From Thermoplasmata archaeon (GTDB lineage: Archaea; Thermoplasmatota; Thermoplasmata; Lutacidiplasmatales; UBA184), in assembly GCA_021791335.1 (NCBI GenBank), contig JAJYWS010000036.1, positions 2-64,001 on the forward strand: a DNA stretch of 64,000 nt. The letters run 5' to 3'. Below the pieces are notes generated by a model that did no database searches, was not told the origin of the DNA, and worked only from the letters and a program-made list of their open reading frames with translations. Position numbers and translations under genes: made by a program. Below, in pieces: positions 63,102 through 64,000 of this stretch. Each line of letters begins with the position of its first letter. The first letter of the stretch is position 1.

Positions 63102-64000
63102 GCCCCGAGCAGAGCCGCCCGCCGCCGGCCGGGGATGCCCTGCACCGGGCGAAGATCGCCTGGGCCAAGGCCCACGGTGGCTCGGCGCTGCCGTCGAACG
63201 TCGAGTACCTGAGCTCGCTCAACGCGGACGAACGGGCCCGGCTCTCGGGGCGGGTCTATCGGAAGCCGAGCCGGACGCTTTCGGGCGTGGCGGTGGTGGC
63301 CGTGATGACCGCTCCGGCCCCGTGCCCGCACGGCCAGTGCAGCTACTGCCCCGGCGGGGTGACGATGGGCTCCCCCCAGAGCTACACCGGGGAGGAACCG
63401 TCCGCGCTCCGCGGGGCCGAGTTCCACTGGGATTCGGAACGCATCACCCGGCACCGGCTCGAGTCGCTCGAGGCGATCGGGCACCCCACGAGCAAGGTCG
63501 AGGCGATCGTCATGGGAGGCACGTTCCCGGCCCGGCCGCGACCCTACATCGAATCGGTCTTCCGAGGCATCTACGACGGGCTCAACGGCCGGAGATCCGC
63601 CACGCTGGCCGAAGCCCAGCAGCGCAACGAAACCGCCGACCGCCGCCTGGTCGGGCTCACCGTCGAGACCCGCCCCGATTGGTGCGACGAGCGGATCCTG
63701 CCGACGCTGCTCGACGCCGGCGTGACCCGGGTCGAGATCGGCGTCGAGTGCCTGCGGCCCGAGGTCCTGGACCGGACCGGACGGGCCCACGGGGTGGACG
63801 ACGTCGCCCGGGCCACCCGGGCGGCCCGTTCGAGGGGGCTCAAGGTCGCCTACCACCTGATGCTCGGGCTCCCCGGGGCGACCCCGGCGACCGATCTCGA
63901 GGACTTTCGGCGGATCACCCGGGACCCCGCGTTCGTCCCGGACATGCTCAAGATCTACCCCACCCTCGTCGTCCCGATGACCCGCCTTCACGCCGAGTGG
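63086..64000 (+). CDS. elp3: Elp3-family radical SAM/GNAT enzyme (5' part, runs off the window)
   Basis: Hand translation from the ATG at 63086: MGPTLSPEQ...RKPSRTLSGVAVVAVMTAPAPCPHGQCSYCPGG..., the Elp3-type cluster motif. The frame stays open to the window end. It is not in the ORF track because no stop lies in the window. It overlaps fni by 16 nt. Confidence 0.88.
   Translation, partial: MGPTLSPEQSRPPPAGDALHRAKIAWAKAHGGSALPSNVEYLSSLNADERARLSGRVYRKPSRTLSGVAVVAVMTAPAPCPHGQCSYCPGGVTMGSPQSYTGEEPSALRGAEFHWDSERITRHRLESLEAIGHPTSKVEAIVMGGTFPARPRPYIESVFRGIYDGLNGRRSATLAEAQQRNETADRRLVGLTVETRPDWCDERILPTLLDAGVTRVEIGVECLRPEVLDRTGRAHGVDDVARATRAARSRGLKVAYHLMLGLPGATPATDLEDFRRITRDPAFVPDMLKIYPTLVVPMTRLHAEW

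Overview
64-kb, gene-dense, high-GC archaeal chromosomal segment. Hand-counted 60-nt lines in ordinary genes give about 42-44/60 G+C. The archaeal call rests on Cdc48/VCP, KEOPS Cgi121, aCPSF1/FttA, proteasome beta subunit, ribosomal protein L10e (uL16), diphthine synthase, Orc1/Cdc6, isopentenyl phosphate kinase plus type-2 IPP isomerase, Elp3 and a Tes/GDGT-MAS-like radical SAM enzyme. The lineage below domain level cannot be fixed by eye. An eqolisin-like peptidase, thermopsin-style surface repeats and archaeal mevalonate genes would fit a Thermoplasmatota-like euryarchaeon, but that is a guess. I can support about 55 protein genes, 3 tRNA genes, one ISL3-family insertion sequence, one 85-bp MITE-like or hairpin repeat, and a few TATA-like promoter elements. 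Functional blocks in order: a surface glycoprotein and cdc48; MBL hydrolase, cgi121 and two tRNAs; mutS-mutL plus a small nuclease-fold gene; aCPSF1 and psmB; an anchor-less sdhA-sdhB-CCG-subunit cluster; L10e and a USP; an initiator tRNA; GH15, a glycosyltransferase, a HAD hydrolase and ClC; an M13 peptidase; a HAD operon and a SWIM protein; a secreted G1-type peptidase; a Tes-like radical SAM gene; thiolase plus a DUF35 fusion, divergent from ubiX, two membrane genes and guaAA; dph5 and kdpFABC-usp; a Hef-like helicase; a methanogen-type SerRS; an ALDH; a lower-GC surface-protein gene beside the IS; orc1/cdc6; and ipk-fni-elp3. No CRISPR array, no rRNA and no recognisable classical defence island were seen. 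The most unusual observations are these. (1) Two of the three tRNA genes carry insertions at non-canonical positions, Gly-UCC in the T-loop and initiator Met in the D-loop. (2) A mutS-mutL-PD-(D/E)xK-like gene triplet is chained by ATGA overlaps. (3) A short HMG-CoA-synthase-like remnant is fused to DUF35 next to the thiolase. (4) A roughly 2.6-kb lower-GC surface-protein gene lies between a perfect 23-bp inverted repeat and an ISL3 element, and its 3' tail reads on into native-composition DNA. (5) An ORF-free, structured region of about 480 nt sits at the left edge and contains RNase-P-like motifs. Many long ORFs in the supplied track are off-frame or antisense artefacts of the GC content and were rejected. 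All homology calls come from motif recognition by eye, not from searches.
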